A program made the position numbers and the translations under genes. This document shows, piece by piece, positions 41,301-52,814 of a stretch of DNA of 64,000 nt (positions are counted from its first letter, which is position 1; each line of letters begins with the position of its first letter). This DNA comes from Patellaria atrata CBS 101060 (lineage: Eukaryota): assembly GCA_010093705.1 (NCBI GenBank), contig MU006092.1, positions 316,623-380,622 of the forward strand, read 5' to 3'. The notes below the pieces were generated by a model. The model had not been told where the DNA came from, did no database searches, and saw nothing but the letters and a program-made list of their open reading frames with translations.

Positions 41301-42600
41301 TTGAAGAGGGCGAATAGTCGCTTGAAATCTTTTCGTAGTTGTCGAACTTTTGTACTAGATTGAACACGGGCGCCATCGTAACCGCCGTGCTCAATCATTG
41401 CTTTGGCTTGCTTGAGGAGACTAGAGTATTTCTGCAGCGTGTAGTAGATGATTGCCTTATTTTTGTATTGCTCATCACGGCAGACAATCCGCGAATTCGG
41501 CAAAGCTTCATTTATTGCCATCTCCAGTGTCTCTACCGTTGTCCGATTCCAGGCAACCTTCATGGTCCGACTGCCCCTATTCCAGACTTGATGCGGCGCT
41601 AATGGTGGGATTAGAATGAAATCACCAGGGCGTTGTTCCACTACATAAGTCTTGAACGGTGCCTTCTTCCACGCTATAAGTTGCGCGAAATGGTTTTCAA
41701 TCTCGATATCATGACCTAAGACGGAAAGCCAATACTCAGCAACAAGATGACGGTCTTTAGTCTCCGTCATGAACCAGATAGATGAACCGGGCTTTTCCGG
41801 TTTACCGCCCTCACCGACAGTTCCTGACGCTTCAACCATAATGTTTTGCCCAAGTGATGCGCACATTTCTCGATGAGCGGGGGTGTATGTTCCCTCATGG
41901 CCAATATAGCACATAAGATTGTCCGCACGCATCTCGGCCGGGAGACTGCTCATCAAATCCCCAGCTCTGGCGATTCCCTTTCCTCTTCTTCTCCCTGGCG
42001 CATTTGGCAAAGCCTCGTCTACTGCTCCTGCACCACCAATCTCCCCCGTGCTATCATTCCAGTAGAATAGAGCGGCGGGAATTTGCTCTTGTAACTTATC
42101 TGCCCATACTGGAGGGCAATCAATATCTTTGAGATAAACCCTCTGTCTATTCTTGTCTGCGAAATTCTTAGGATTCTCAAAGAATTGGTCGGTGAGCTTC
42201 GGCATGTGTTCGAGGTAGTGTTTTATTGTTAGTGGGATGTTTTGCTTAGTTGTCAGATCCCTTGCCTGTTCGACTGTCCAGAAGATTAGTAAGAGTACTC
42301 GAAAGAGATCTCGTATATGCACCAAAACGCACCTTTACTGCCATGATTGTCACGAAGCCAACCAGGTGTGAATGTCCAAGGGTCCAGCTTGGTTTCAAAG
42401 CCATCGACGACTAGAGGCTTTCCCCCAACAACCACATGGAGTAGAACCAATTTTTCAAACTTGTCGATTCCTTGCTCCTGTATCATCTCACACGAGATGC
42501 GATCGACATACTGGAAGTTCTCTGTATTTTCAACGAGGGCTCGTACATCGAAATTCGGGGGAATGGGTTCGAATGAGGCGCGCGCCCGCTGAGCAGGCAT
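38357..42600 (-). CDS. JmjC-domain protein with CXXC-type zinc fingers and C-terminal AT-hooks (putative histone demethylase/hydroxylase)
   Basis: YLKDIDCP, MCYIGHEGTYTPAHREMCAS and QRPGDFILIPPLAPHQVWN (JmjC); several CxxC clusters; RGRPPK/GRPPK AT-hooks. Intron 42332-42274. Confidence 0.92.
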
Positions 42601-43214
42601 CTCGCCGTTGTCAAAGTTTCAAATCTTTCAGAATATTTGGCGTGGCATTGTTGAAGTCGTAATTCATGAGTTGCGGCTCTCGTGTTGTAGAAGGAAAACC
42701 GAGCGCGTCGAATCCCGTCAAGTGGGGCAAATGTAGGAACTGAGTCAAGTGATTCTGTGGTGGACGCGACCACAAATTCAGTAACGAGCGAATTGAAAGT
42801 GATGTTCACTGTGGGAGGTGGCTGGTAGTAGTGGAAAGACACGAAAGGCAAATATCCGCGGCGTTATAGAAGCTCGGGCCAACTTAGGGTATCGCGGGTT
42901 CCATTTCCACACTCAGAGTACAAACGGAAACTTGGTGACTTAGGTTTCATTCAGTTGTTACATCATTTGTCACAAACCTTTATAGATCTGTTAAGCTCCA
43001 AGAATATGCGTTCGGGAGCCCATACACACGCCCAATTCGGAACTCATTGACCTATACATCCGGCCTCAAAGGACCATCAGGATAGCGAAAGAAACAAACT
43101 ACTCATGTGAAGAGGAATGGACACTTTCCTCGATTTGTTTTCGTTCTAAGGGTTGTCGTTCCTAAATGTAAAAGCTTGGAAGGTTTTCTACATTCAATAT
43201 ACAATTCCCATAAG

Positions 43215-44534
43215 ATGTTAAGGCAAGGGCATATACACCTAAGGGGGGAGATATGTCGAACGAGCAGCAGACCATCATGGATCCTTCCAATCGGAATACT
43301 CAGTCCTCAAATGAATTGCTTTAGACAGATAGGAATAAGATTCACACATCGAAAGATGCGGGAGACAAACACCTTGCGACTTAAGGCTCGATATGCCCCC
43401 AACCGTACAATGAACAGTGGTGTCACTCATCCAACAATTCCGTACTCTCAAAGTCGACATTCGACAACTACATCAACGTTAACATCAGTCCCTACCGTCT
43501 CTTCATCACCTTTCTCCGCTTACAAACCTCCGACAACCGGCCTCCTCTCCTATCTCCCTTCACCCTTTATTCCCTACGCCGAGCTCATTCGCCTCGACAA
43601 ACCAACAGGAACCTACTACCTGTTCTTCCCCTGTCTCTTCAGCACTCTTCTCGCCGCCAGCGTTACTCCTTTAACCCCTCCCCTCGTAGTCGTCAGCACC
43701 AGTCTACTTTTCCTAACCGGTGCTCTCGTCATGCGCGGCGCCGGCTGTACCATCAATGACCTATGGGACCGCAATCTTGATCCCCATGTCAGCCGCACGC
43801 GCCTCCGTCCCATCGCTCGAGGCGCCGTGAGTCCGCGTGCGGCGATCGTCTTTACCGGGTTCCAGCTGTTGACAGGCCTTGCGGTGTTAGTTCAATTTCC
43901 GGTCGTGTGTCTGTATTATGGAATCCCTTCCTTAGTACTCGTGACGCTCTACCCGCTGGCCAAGCGTGTGACGTACTACCCGCAGTTCGTCCTCGGGCTC
44001 ACTTTTTCCTGGGGCGCCATTATGGGCTTTCCTGCCCTAGGCGTCGATGTGCTACAGAATAGCGCGGCGCTGGCAGCCGCAGCGTGCTTGTATGCAAGTA
44101 ATGTCGCTTGGACGATATTGTACGATATGATTTATGCACATATGGACGTTAAAGACGACGTTAAGGCGGGGATCAAATCTATCGCTCTTGCACATGGGGA
44201 GAACACTAAGGCGGTCTTAACCGGTCTGGCGGTGGCGCAAGTGGGACTACTTTTTGCTGCTGGAGCGGCGATAGAAGCTGGACCCATATTCTTCGTAGGA
44301 AGCTGCGGGAGCGCGGTACTCACGCTCGGGACTATGATATGGAGGGTCAGGCTAAAAGAGGTGGGAAATTGTTGGTGGTGGTTTAGGTATGGTTGCTGGT
44401 TCACTGGTGGAGGTATTGCTATGGGATTAGCGGGAGAATATATTACCAGGCTTATGGGATGGTACGGCAACGATGAGGAGGAGGAGCAAGAGACAAAAGT
44501 ACGCGATGGCATTGTTCTAAACGTGAAGCAATAA
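43215..44534 (+). CDS. COQ2: 4-hydroxybenzoate polyprenyltransferase, mitochondrial (UbiA family)
   Basis: RLDKPTG, MRGAGCTINDLWDRNLDPHVSRTRLRPIARG, YPLAKR and YDMIYAHMDVKDD motifs; Arg/Ser-rich presequence. First ATG at 43215. Confidence 0.95.
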   Translation: MLRQGHIHLRGEICRTSSRPSWILPIGILSPQMNCFRQIGIRFTHRKMRETNTLRLKARYAPNRTMNSGVTHPTIPYSQSRHSTTTSTLTSVPTVSSSPFSAYKPPTTGLLSYLPSPFIPYAELIRLDKPTGTYYLFFPCLFSTLLAASVTPLTPPLVVVSTSLLFLTGALVMRGAGCTINDLWDRNLDPHVSRTRLRPIARGAVSPRAAIVFTGFQLLTGLAVLVQFPVVCLYYGIPSLVLVTLYPLAKRVTYYPQFVLGLTFSWGAIMGFPALGVDVLQNSAALAAAACLYASNVAWTILYDMIYAHMDVKDDVKAGIKSIALAHGENTKAVLTGLAVAQVGLLFAAGAAIEAGPIFFVGSCGSAVLTLGTMIWRVRLKEVGNCWWWFRYGCWFTGGGIAMGLAGEYITRLMGWYGNDEEEEQETKVRDGIVLNVKQ

Positions 44535-45659
44535 GTTCAGACCGTGAAGTCAAGTCAGGCCGAAGATGAATGCTGTAAGTTATTTAAACTGATAAGGTTA
44601 TCCTGTGATACTATGGGTGATGTATTGTATCTAGTTCCTTTCTGCGAGAGTCCTGGCCCTTACTGTAAACTTGGCCTCGAGAATGTCTCTGATTCCACAG
44701 GTACAAGTCGGCGAGACCGAAAAAGACGAGTAACCAAAAAAATTCAAAATTGTATCGGATGACTCAACTGTACCGGATTACCCTATTATAATGGCAAGGC
44801 TAAACCAACAAAAGCTTCAGGGACGTTCCCACATTTCAAAAGGGTATTATGCTACAATACGGGATTGATAGCCGGCTAGGGATCCCTTTGGTTCGATCTA
44901 CCGCAATATATTCCTACCCTCAAAGAAACCATGTTGTTAAAGTTTACCTCATCATCTGCTTCCGAGAGGTTCACACCAGGAGAGTAAACTAGATCCTCAT
45001 CGAGAGCAGAACCTAAGGAACTTAGGCACATATAGAATTCCGTCTTGTTAGCTTTTCGAGTCGTTTACATGCAGTGGGATTATTCATCGCTCGGTTCTGG
45101 GGATGAGGGAAATCAAAATGTCCTCGAAGGTTTAGACTCTTGATGTTGCGGGAATATGGAGTTATGAGAAAGTGTTGTACTGTACCACCTAATGAACAGT
45201 CAAACAAAGGGCTTCCAATGAGCCACAAGAAGAGAAGATGTTGTATCACCACACGATGAGCTCTACTAGTATCCCAGTTTCGAATATGAACCCAAGCTCT
45301 TCCTCTCAACTTCAATGGGCCTTTTGCACCATATTCTCTTCTCATGCAGTTTCTTGTCGTTTGCTACTGTTGGTATTGCTCAATCCTTGTAAGCTTTGCT
45401 GAAGATTACTGGCAAGGTTATAAGCTTGGAGTATCAAGAGATTGATTTTCGCTGTACAGTATCGTTAAGTATTCTGTACGGTTGGGATTTTTCATACGGT
45501 TTGACTTTCTCATACCGTATAGTCGAAAGCCCCCTTTGAGAGTGGCCGTACTGTATAACAAGCGAGAATTATAACGATAAGGGCAAGAATAGAGGCAATA
45601 TCTGATTTGATCAATAGACAAAACTCTTCGGCCTTCAGATATCAGAATGTGTCAGGCTA

Positions 45660-47158
45660 TTACCATGGGTTTTCCAAATATGGAAGATCGTCCTCCACAG
45701 GTAACTCGCCCTCTTCTTTTATAACCGTAGCCACTCTATCAATCCCCCCCCAGACGCGCAGAAGGTTGCCGCCGATTATTTGCTCTGCGTGAGTATCCGA
45801 AATACCTTGTTTGAGCATCTCTGCAACAAGGTCAGGGAACTTCGAAACGTCCTCTAAGCCGCGGGGAGTAGTAGGCATCCCGTCAAAATCACTGCCAACG
45901 CCAACGTGATCATAGCCGAAAAGGTCTCCTATATATCGCATATGTCGAACCACTTGGTGTATGGTAAGGTTAGGACCGTATCACTCTTGGAGCCCGTCCG
46001 CAATATCATTAGGGAAACAACAGCTAACAAAGTCGGGTGAAAATGTAACCATGACAAGGCTATTCCGTGCCTTTACGAGTTGTAGAACGTCGTCGGGGAC
46101 TTTACGAGGGCAAATCGTAAACGCTGAACTGTGGCTGAAAATTGGAGGAGCTTTGCTTCCTGGCCAACCTTTTTCGGGTGTTCCCCTAGAACATCCCGCA
46201 TCGTGTCCGCACTCACATGTGCAAGATCTACAATCATTCCTAATCGGTTCATCTCGTGGATGATTTTCCGCGCCTTTTCGCTGACGCCGCCCCAGTGAGG
46301 CTGGGCTGCTTCAACGCCCCCTTCTGGTAGATCGACAAGAGTAGAATCGGCATAGATATTATGACAATTATGAGTTAGGGTCGCGTAACGTACCCTCGGG
46401 CATGATATTCGCGAATTTTTGTAAATGAATTGCCAACTAGGTGCAAAACTTCAAGCCCAAGTGGTAATACTATGCGACCAGACCGAAACATCTCTATAGC
46501 AGCCTCACTGTTGTCATGCCTTTCGAATGAGGACGAATATTTAGCTAGGAGACGATGTACGCAATCCACAGCAGATCCACAATTAGATAGAGCTATGAAA
46601 TCATGAGCGTTTGGTGTGTGTAACTGCATTTCTGGGAATCTATTTTTGCTAAGTATTCTGCGGTATAATTCGAACCTTTCTTTGGACAATCTGCAAAGAC
46701 TGACCAGAACATTCCACCAACTCGACCTTTTTGTAAACGAGCAAGGTCGACATGCTCTTCTAGGTCGCCTTCTTCGAATGGATATGTAAAGTTGTGTTGA
46801 TAGATGTGGTGGCTATAGGCCACTTAATATAGTATGTGAGATGGTTATGACCATCTGGATCTAGGTTTAGACTTTTGAGAGCACCACAAATGAAAGCAAG
46901 TTTCAACCTACCAATCAATGGGGTAGTTTCCATGATATTTCTCACTCTTGATTCGTTAGTCTTTCGAACCTGATCCGGAGCTCGCTCATCAGTACCCAGG
47001 AGCAATTGTACGTGTTCCTTTCGAGTCACATAAGAGACGCACACAACAACAACACTCAGGAATACAATAGAAACGCTGAGACATGACCAAGCTGTGCCAC
47101 TTTTACGCCTCTGTTCTGGCGGTATGGCTGCTGATGCTAAATTAGACATTGCTTCCAT
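45660..47158 (-). pseudogene. Membrane dipeptidase (peptidase M19) pseudogene
   Basis: N-terminal TM anchor; [46 protein letters not shown] and HVGVGSDFDG motifs spread over different frames. Frameshifts near 46820 and 46395; in-frame TGA near 45981. Confidence 0.88.
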
Positions 47159-47636
47159 GGGTGGCTAATTTGGTGTCTTTCAGCCCTGGATTCAAACTGT
47201 GTGGTTGTAATAAAAAGAATATAACCCTCTTTCACATTTGAGATTACCTATTATATGGATTTATTAGTCAGTTTATGGCACCCGCAACGGAAATGTGGTG
47301 TCATGTCCCTCACAACAGTTGCTGACCGAGATGCACTAATAAATACTTTTGTGTTAGTACTTGCGATATTGAATCGGGGAGGACTATTTCATTTACTTAT
47401 CTCTTCTATGAGGTTTCTACCCAGATATAGTTTTCTTTAGTTAATTACATTCATACCATAGTCTGGTAAGCTGGTCTGTGGAAACAAATTCAATAAAATG
47501 TTGGCGGCTTGCGTAGCTTTTACTGTTGTACAAAAGTACCTCCTTCTGCCGCAACATACAGTAAGATGACCGGTCTATAGTATGACGCATCGTTTTTGAC
47601 CTACAATTGACGTCTCGCATCAAGTCAGCCATTCTA

Positions 47637-47912
47637 TGTCAAGGCTCAACCTCAGATGAGAGCTGAAAGGTATATTGCTGTATGTACATGAAGCTTAAAC
47701 TTAAGGAAAGAAAGTAAAAGAGAGTATCAGAACAGCGTGAGCTGTTCTATTAAAGTACAACATGACTAAGCTACTGGATCATGCATGGATCTTAAACTTA
47801 AGGAAAGAATGTAAGAAAAAGTGCTAGAACAGCGTAAGTTTATTAAAGTATAGCATAGCTAAGCCGCTGGATCATCCAAGGCACTTATACCTATCGGGTC
47901 TAACCCGTGACA
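47637..47912 (+). mobile_element. Solo LTR, family A (probably Gypsy-like), with an internal ~97-bp tandem duplication
   Basis: Ends TGTCAAGG...CCGTGACA; both ends match the inverted copy at 49831-50372. Flanks TTCTA / CCCGG do not form a TSD. Confidence 0.8.
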
Positions 47913-48789
47913 CCCGGTGGGTTCCGAACTTCGGGTTTCGGGCAGAGTATACGGCCATACTATTCATCTTATGGAGTACACTTATGAGTTAAGTCTCTTT
48001 ACGTCAGCAGTCGTCAAGACCCAACGTTTTTACTCCGGGAAGGGGGAGAAATCAAAGTCCTTGCATTTTATGGGAGAGCAAAATTCGACCCAGCCAAAGA
48101 TCATCGAAGAATCGCTGTGATAGCGCGGAGGAGGGAGGGAATCGTAGCCTTGGTACATGCAAGTGCCAATATCGGCGACTTCCTTGTCGCTGTCTCACCG
48201 CAGATTTTACCCCTGGTGGGCGACCGAGGACGCAATGGTGATTACCGGATGGAACTATCGGGGGAAGCTCTATTCCTCATGATCCGGCCGTTAATTGCGG
48301 TAATCTGAGAAATTGGAGATCCTACAGTCAGGTTATCGAGAAGTTCGGTAACCATTTTGAATCTCGTGGGCCAGTCGTGACCAACCATACACGCACTTCG
48401 GGCAATATCCCTTATCTAGGAAAACAGACGGAAAGAGTTGAAGATCTCGTGCGAAGGGAACCTATGTAGGGCAGCTTATGGGACGATGTTTCGAAATTAC
48501 CATTACAAGAACTATTACTATGTTAACTATATTTTACAGCGCCCACCGCTTCCAACCCACTTTGTCTATACACGTACTTTTCGTATGTATTTTAAGAGCC
48601 ATGACTTGTAATATGGGGGTAAGAATTCGGATAATACGCACTATATTCTCCTTTCGCTGTCGCGTTTAGCACTCTTCGGTCACTGTACGGTTAAAATACT
48701 CTGCCAGGTGGACACTCACATTAAGTTCTCGGAAGCTATTTGGGTGTTCTATACGAAGTTAGCATTGTACAGTTGACAGTCCATTGTAC

Positions 48790-49064
48790 AGTCTGACCCA
48801 GTACATACAGCGGAGCCGGGGCTGTTTTTCGGATCAAGTGCACAATAACTTTGAGGTACGGAAGGGATAACCTGCTATTTGGTATTTCTTGGTCTCTGTG
48901 TGCTTGGTAAATAACTGCTTGTATGCTGGGGATCCTATATTGCAATCAGCATTTGTTGTTTGTATGATTAAGTCCTCGTACAAGGCAGGCGCTATTCTTC
49001 CATTGTAAAGTTTAATATACAATGAGACTAGAGAGCTTCGGTAGTTCTTGACGTCAGGGGACAT
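48790..49064 (-). pseudogene. Fragment of an unknown gene (paralog copy 1)
   Basis: SLYIKLYNGRIAPALYEDLIIQTT...YKQLFTKHTETKK aligns by eye with the degraded frame at ~50610-50860. Confidence 0.45.
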
Positions 49065-49162
49065 TGTGCCATTCTGATCGTGTTCTAATTCAAAAAGAAT
49101 CCATATCGCTGATGGCCATGGTCTGGAATATTCTGGATTTGCTGAAGATTTTCAGAAGCCAT

Positions 49163-49456
49163 TTAATCCCGGATTGTTTGGATTAAGTCAATGATTTTAT
49201 CCCAACTGATCTTACCTTCCTCCATTAGCAATCCCATGCCTACAGATAAAATTACCTTCGTTAGAGAAGCAAATGAGAAGACGGTGTCCTCATCTATTGG
49301 AAGCTTCGCTTCGAGGTCACGAAAGCCGAAGCTTCGACTGTGAATGAGACGGCAAAGGTGAAGCACGCCTAGCGCAAGGCCTATAGTACCCCCGAGCTTC
49401 ATAAGTTCTTCAACCGTCCTGTCGAGGTGAGAATGTCTCTTTGCTGCTGCTTCCAT
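49163..49456 (-). pseudogene. Truncated serine beta-lactamase/AmpC-like hydrolase (N-terminal fragment)
   Basis: GTIGLALGVLH..FGFRDLEAKLPIDEDTVFSFASLTK (SxxK catalytic motif)..GLLMEEGKISWD; the frame ends after ~97 aa. Confidence 0.8.
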
Positions 49457-49914
49457 CTCGGTTTATTGAAACTCTGAGGATGTTGTTAATATAAGTTAGG
49501 GGGAATAGACAAGGAATAGACAAGCCAGCTTACAGCGCTGATCCTGCTTCTGATCCATATCTGGGAGGGGGAGGAAATTGATGCTTGTACGAGAATGTAG
49601 AGTAAGGTAGGAAACAAGTCCTTCTTCATTCTTATCTCTCGTCACCATTGTTCTCTTCTCAATAGCCCTGACGAAGGGGTATTAATCACAATACTGACCT
49701 ATTTACACAATCTGAACGAATCGTACAGTTAGGGGGCTCCAGTACAATTTCGACTCTCCTGTACAGTAGAGTCAGAGAAACCTCAAGGAGTTGTTGTATA
49801 GCACCTAAGGCCCTATCGTCAGTAACTTATTGTCACGGGTTAGACCCGATAGGTATAAGTGCCTTGGATGATCCAGCGGCTTAGTCATACTGCACTTTAG
49901 CAGAACAGCATATG

Positions 49915-50270
49915 ATGTATATAGGGAGTTGCGCCATAGCTTGAAGGCTGCATGCGCAGTATTGTAGATAATTGTGAGATAAACTGGATCTGCAGGTGCA
50001 CTGAATATATCGCTTGATTTGCAACTACTGAGAGAGATATGGACTATATACTGAACAGTTGACAATGATACCGGGTCAGAAAGAGAACAGATAAAACACC
50101 ACAGATCCGTGCTCTCGTCAGAGATCTGTTTTAATACGGTTTGACGCTCTGTCTCAAGCTACCGTTCCATACCATTGTTTTCACCACTGTTTTGAACTAG
50201 TAAGCATCCATTTACCCGGTAGCGAACCTCACCATTCTAACAATAATACAATACAATGGGAAAAAAAAAA
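49915..50270 (+). mobile_element. 5'-truncated non-LTR retroelement (LINE 3' end) with poly(A)
   Basis: 13-bp TSD AGAACAGCATATG (49902-49914, 50271-50283), poly(A) tail, and 3' motifs shared with the 50970-51252 copy. Confidence 0.85.
49973..50242. mobile_element. Solo LTR, family B, inserted in the LINE stub
   Basis: TGTGAGA...TCTAACA imperfect inverted termini; 5-bp TSD ATAAT (49968-49972, 50243-50247); absent from the sister LINE copy. Confidence 0.82.
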
Positions 50271-50609
50271 AGAACAGCATATGCTGTCTCAACACTTCCT
50301 TTCCTTAAGTTTAAGCTTCATGTATATGTAGCAATATACCTTTCAGCTTCCATCTGAGGTTGAGCCTTGACACTTATAGAATTAGAAGTAGGGGTTCAGT
50401 ACCATGACTAAGAAAATGGACGCGGTTTCTTACTCCTCTACTGTAATTTGACAAAAGTCACAGTTTTTCATCTCCATTTCCGATCCTGACATGATACGGG
50501 AAGGCAATGCTTTTCGTGGGAGAAGGGATGACGTATGTTGTATCAGCAATAAGGTAAGTAAACATTTGGTTCAAATCAACAACGAATTCAGCGTATAAAG
50601 AAATAAGAT

Positions 50610-50860
50610 AGTCCCGCATACCTGCTGGAAAAGTGCCCAGATCCCGTAAGCGTGCACAGGTATATTGCATTAAAAGGCACCATAGTACGATGCGTTAAAC
50701 TTAACATTTCTCGCTCTCTATACGTTTATGGAACAATAACCGGTAAACTGCGAACGTGGCGGTACAATTGAATTCCGTTGTCTGTACGGCTAAGTCCTCG
50801 TACGGCTGGGCACTATTCTTATATTATCAACTTTCCGGTATAGAGAAGCAGGAAACCATG
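50610..50860 (-). pseudogene. Fragment of an unknown gene (paralog copy 2)
   Basis: SLYRKVDNIRIVP/PYEDLAVQTTEFNC..YRLLFHKRIESEK with a frameshift and stops; similar to 48790-49064. Confidence 0.42.
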
Positions 50861-50969
50861 TCAAAAGAAAGGCGTACCGTAAATCAGGGGAAGGGAGAGC
50901 TTTCAGGTTAGTATAGTAGCAGTATTATGAGCAGATAGCATGTTCAAGACATCTGTAAGGCCCCTCTAA

Positions 50970-51252
50970 AACATATTAAAAATGATAGCATACAGGGGAA
51001 AAACTAGATCGGTATATAATGCAGGGAATTGAAGAGGAAAGGATATAGTGGAGTTGGTTCAGTTTTTCTAATGCTTGGATTAGACTGCAAAGTTTGAACA
51101 ACTGGGGAGCTTCAATCCCCAGACACTCTCACTAGACATATTATTGCCCTAGAATAGGGATTTATGTAGATAGAAAAGTAGCGCCATAGCCCAAGAGCCT
51201 GCATGCGCAGTATTGTAGATAATGCAATACAATGGATTAAAAAAAAAAAAAA
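50970..51252 (+). mobile_element. 5'-truncated LINE 3' end with poly(A)
   Basis: Long A tail; near-perfect 13-bp TSD AAGGCCCCTCTAA / AAGGGCCCTCTAA (50957-50969, 51253-51265); shares GCGCCATAGC..CTGCATGCGCAGTATTGTAGATAAT..CAATACAATGG with 49915-50270. Confidence 0.8.
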
Positions 51253-52320
51253 AAGGGCCCTCTAATCTTTTGTCTGTACCAGCGTTTCTTATTGGGCTTA
51301 AGTTCTCAACTCCTACAGTCCCTACCATAAAATTCGTTCGCTACTGTACACTTGGGTTTTGAAGGGTCTCTAGATATACTGTTCAAACCGGTCGAAAGCG
51401 CAAGAACAGCGGAGCGACTAGACCGTACAACTAGGGAACCCGTTGAATCTGTCGGATTAATAAAACGCCCAAGACTATTCAGCAAGTGCATATACAGTAC
51501 GGAGCTCGAGAAGTCCGGGTGCCAACCACACCGGGGACGATGATAACTCTGAGCCGAATACTTGCTGTTTTCTTTTCTTATAGAAAGGTACGGCATCCTT
51601 ATGTCGACGTTTAGATATTTTTGTTAAACATGAGGGAATAACATTCTTGACGCTTATGTCTACTACAATAATGTTAGCTAAAGTATTGGTCATGTTCGGG
51701 TAAAAGGCAAAGGCTTGATACTTGCGCCAAAGCTTGAGCTAGTTCTAAGGTAGGCCAATTGCCCGCTATCGAATTACTTGGAATGGAACGTTTCTTTGTA
51801 ACTATTCATATATGAGGAAGTCAAAAGTCCGAAAAGAATTCGCATTCTTCGCATTCAGTGAGTAGAAAGAAATATATTTCTCTTGGGAAGGCATCAAGCC
51901 GTTGTTGTGGCTTGAAGTGACCGGGTATACATCCAAGAATAGAGTTCGGGCCTCAGGGAAATAGCACATTTTATTAGGACCGAGACTTTAATTCCGGCGA
52001 CTAAGAACAACCTTTACTTGTAGATGCTATGGTATCTCACTCTGCCGGCTACTGTTATATGTGAAGTTGGGGAGCTTTTTTTTAAAATGCAACTGTCCAA
52101 AATGTATATCGCTTGATCCCCTGATAGCTGAAAACTAAGCACTGAACGTCTGCCAATGGTTCTCGTTAGTATTACTGCATCGATAGATTTTATATTGAAG
52201 TACACAAGCCACAAATTCCGCTCTACCCAGAATAGGGATGCTAAGCATGGAACATAGAAGTATGAAGGTCTAGAAAGACCTCTCTATCTTTAGTCTGGGA
52301 TGCAACGATGAAACATGTTG

Positions 52321-52330
52321 TCTATAAAAG
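52321..52330 (+). promoter_or_regulatory. Candidate TATA box of the secreted-protein gene
   Basis: TCTATAAAAG about 170 bp upstream of ATG 52494. Confidence 0.45.
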
Positions 52331-52493
52331 CTGGTCCTGTCTGGAGAATGTCTGATAAGAGTCCATCAGCTTTTGAACAAACACTGCTTGTAAAAGGAAT
52401 AACGAAGTGTAAAAGGTATTTACACCGAGAGACTACTTTACGCTTGAGAGACTGACTCTAGTAAAGATCGTCTTTCTTACACCAATTTTCAAG

Positions 52494-52814
52494 ATGCAAC
52501 TCACGACCATTATCACTCCGCTGCTTCTTGCATCCCTAACATCAGCCTGGAAGGTTGGCCTTTGGGGTAGAGATGTTGACTATCAATTCTCTGGAACTTT
52601 CCATGGCTGCAACTCGGTCAATCCCTCGATTAAAGCTGGGCAAGTCACCTTTATTGGGAAATCGAGTGGTTGGACGGACGGAAACACCGTGGCCCTTTTT
52701 AGCGCATCTGGGTGTAACAAAAATTATCGATGCCATGGACCAATGGCACCAAGCAGTGCGGGAGTCAACATCGCCAATGGTGGTTGCCAGGTGCGGAGCT
52801 TCAGAATTGCATAG
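52494..52814 (+). CDS. Small secreted Cys-containing protein (106 aa), effector/toxin candidate
   Basis: Intact intronless ORF, CAAGATG start context, signal-peptide-like MQLTTIITPLLLASLTSA-W, 4 Cys, upstream TATA. Confidence 0.82.
   Translation: MQLTTIITPLLLASLTSAWKVGLWGRDVDYQFSGTFHGCNSVNPSIKAGQVTFIGKSSGWTDGNTVALFSASGCNKNYRCHGPMAPSSAGVNIANGGCQVRSFRIA

Larger units (their letters stand above)
49831..50372 (-). mobile_element. Solo LTR, family A (inverted copy), interrupted by nested insertions
   Basis: TGTCACGGG...CCTTGACA flanked by a perfect 5-bp TSD CTTAT (49826-49830, 50373-50377). Confidence 0.88.

Noticed and set aside
45660..47158. Dipeptidase as GliJ/SirJ marking an ETP toxin cluster
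   Set aside because: No NRPS, thioredoxin reductase, GST or P450 nearby; the N-terminal membrane anchor fits generic fungal M19 dipeptidases.
47947..47960. GTATACGGCCATAC resembling the 5' end of fungal 5S rRNA
   Set aside because: The similarity ends after ~14 nt; no internal 5S boxes or pairing 3' stem follow.
47637..50372. Inverted LTR pair as a composite transposon or inversion carrying the beta-lactamase fragment
   Set aside because: The right copy has its own perfect TSD (CTTAT), so it is an independent solo LTR; the outer flanks of the pair do not match each other.
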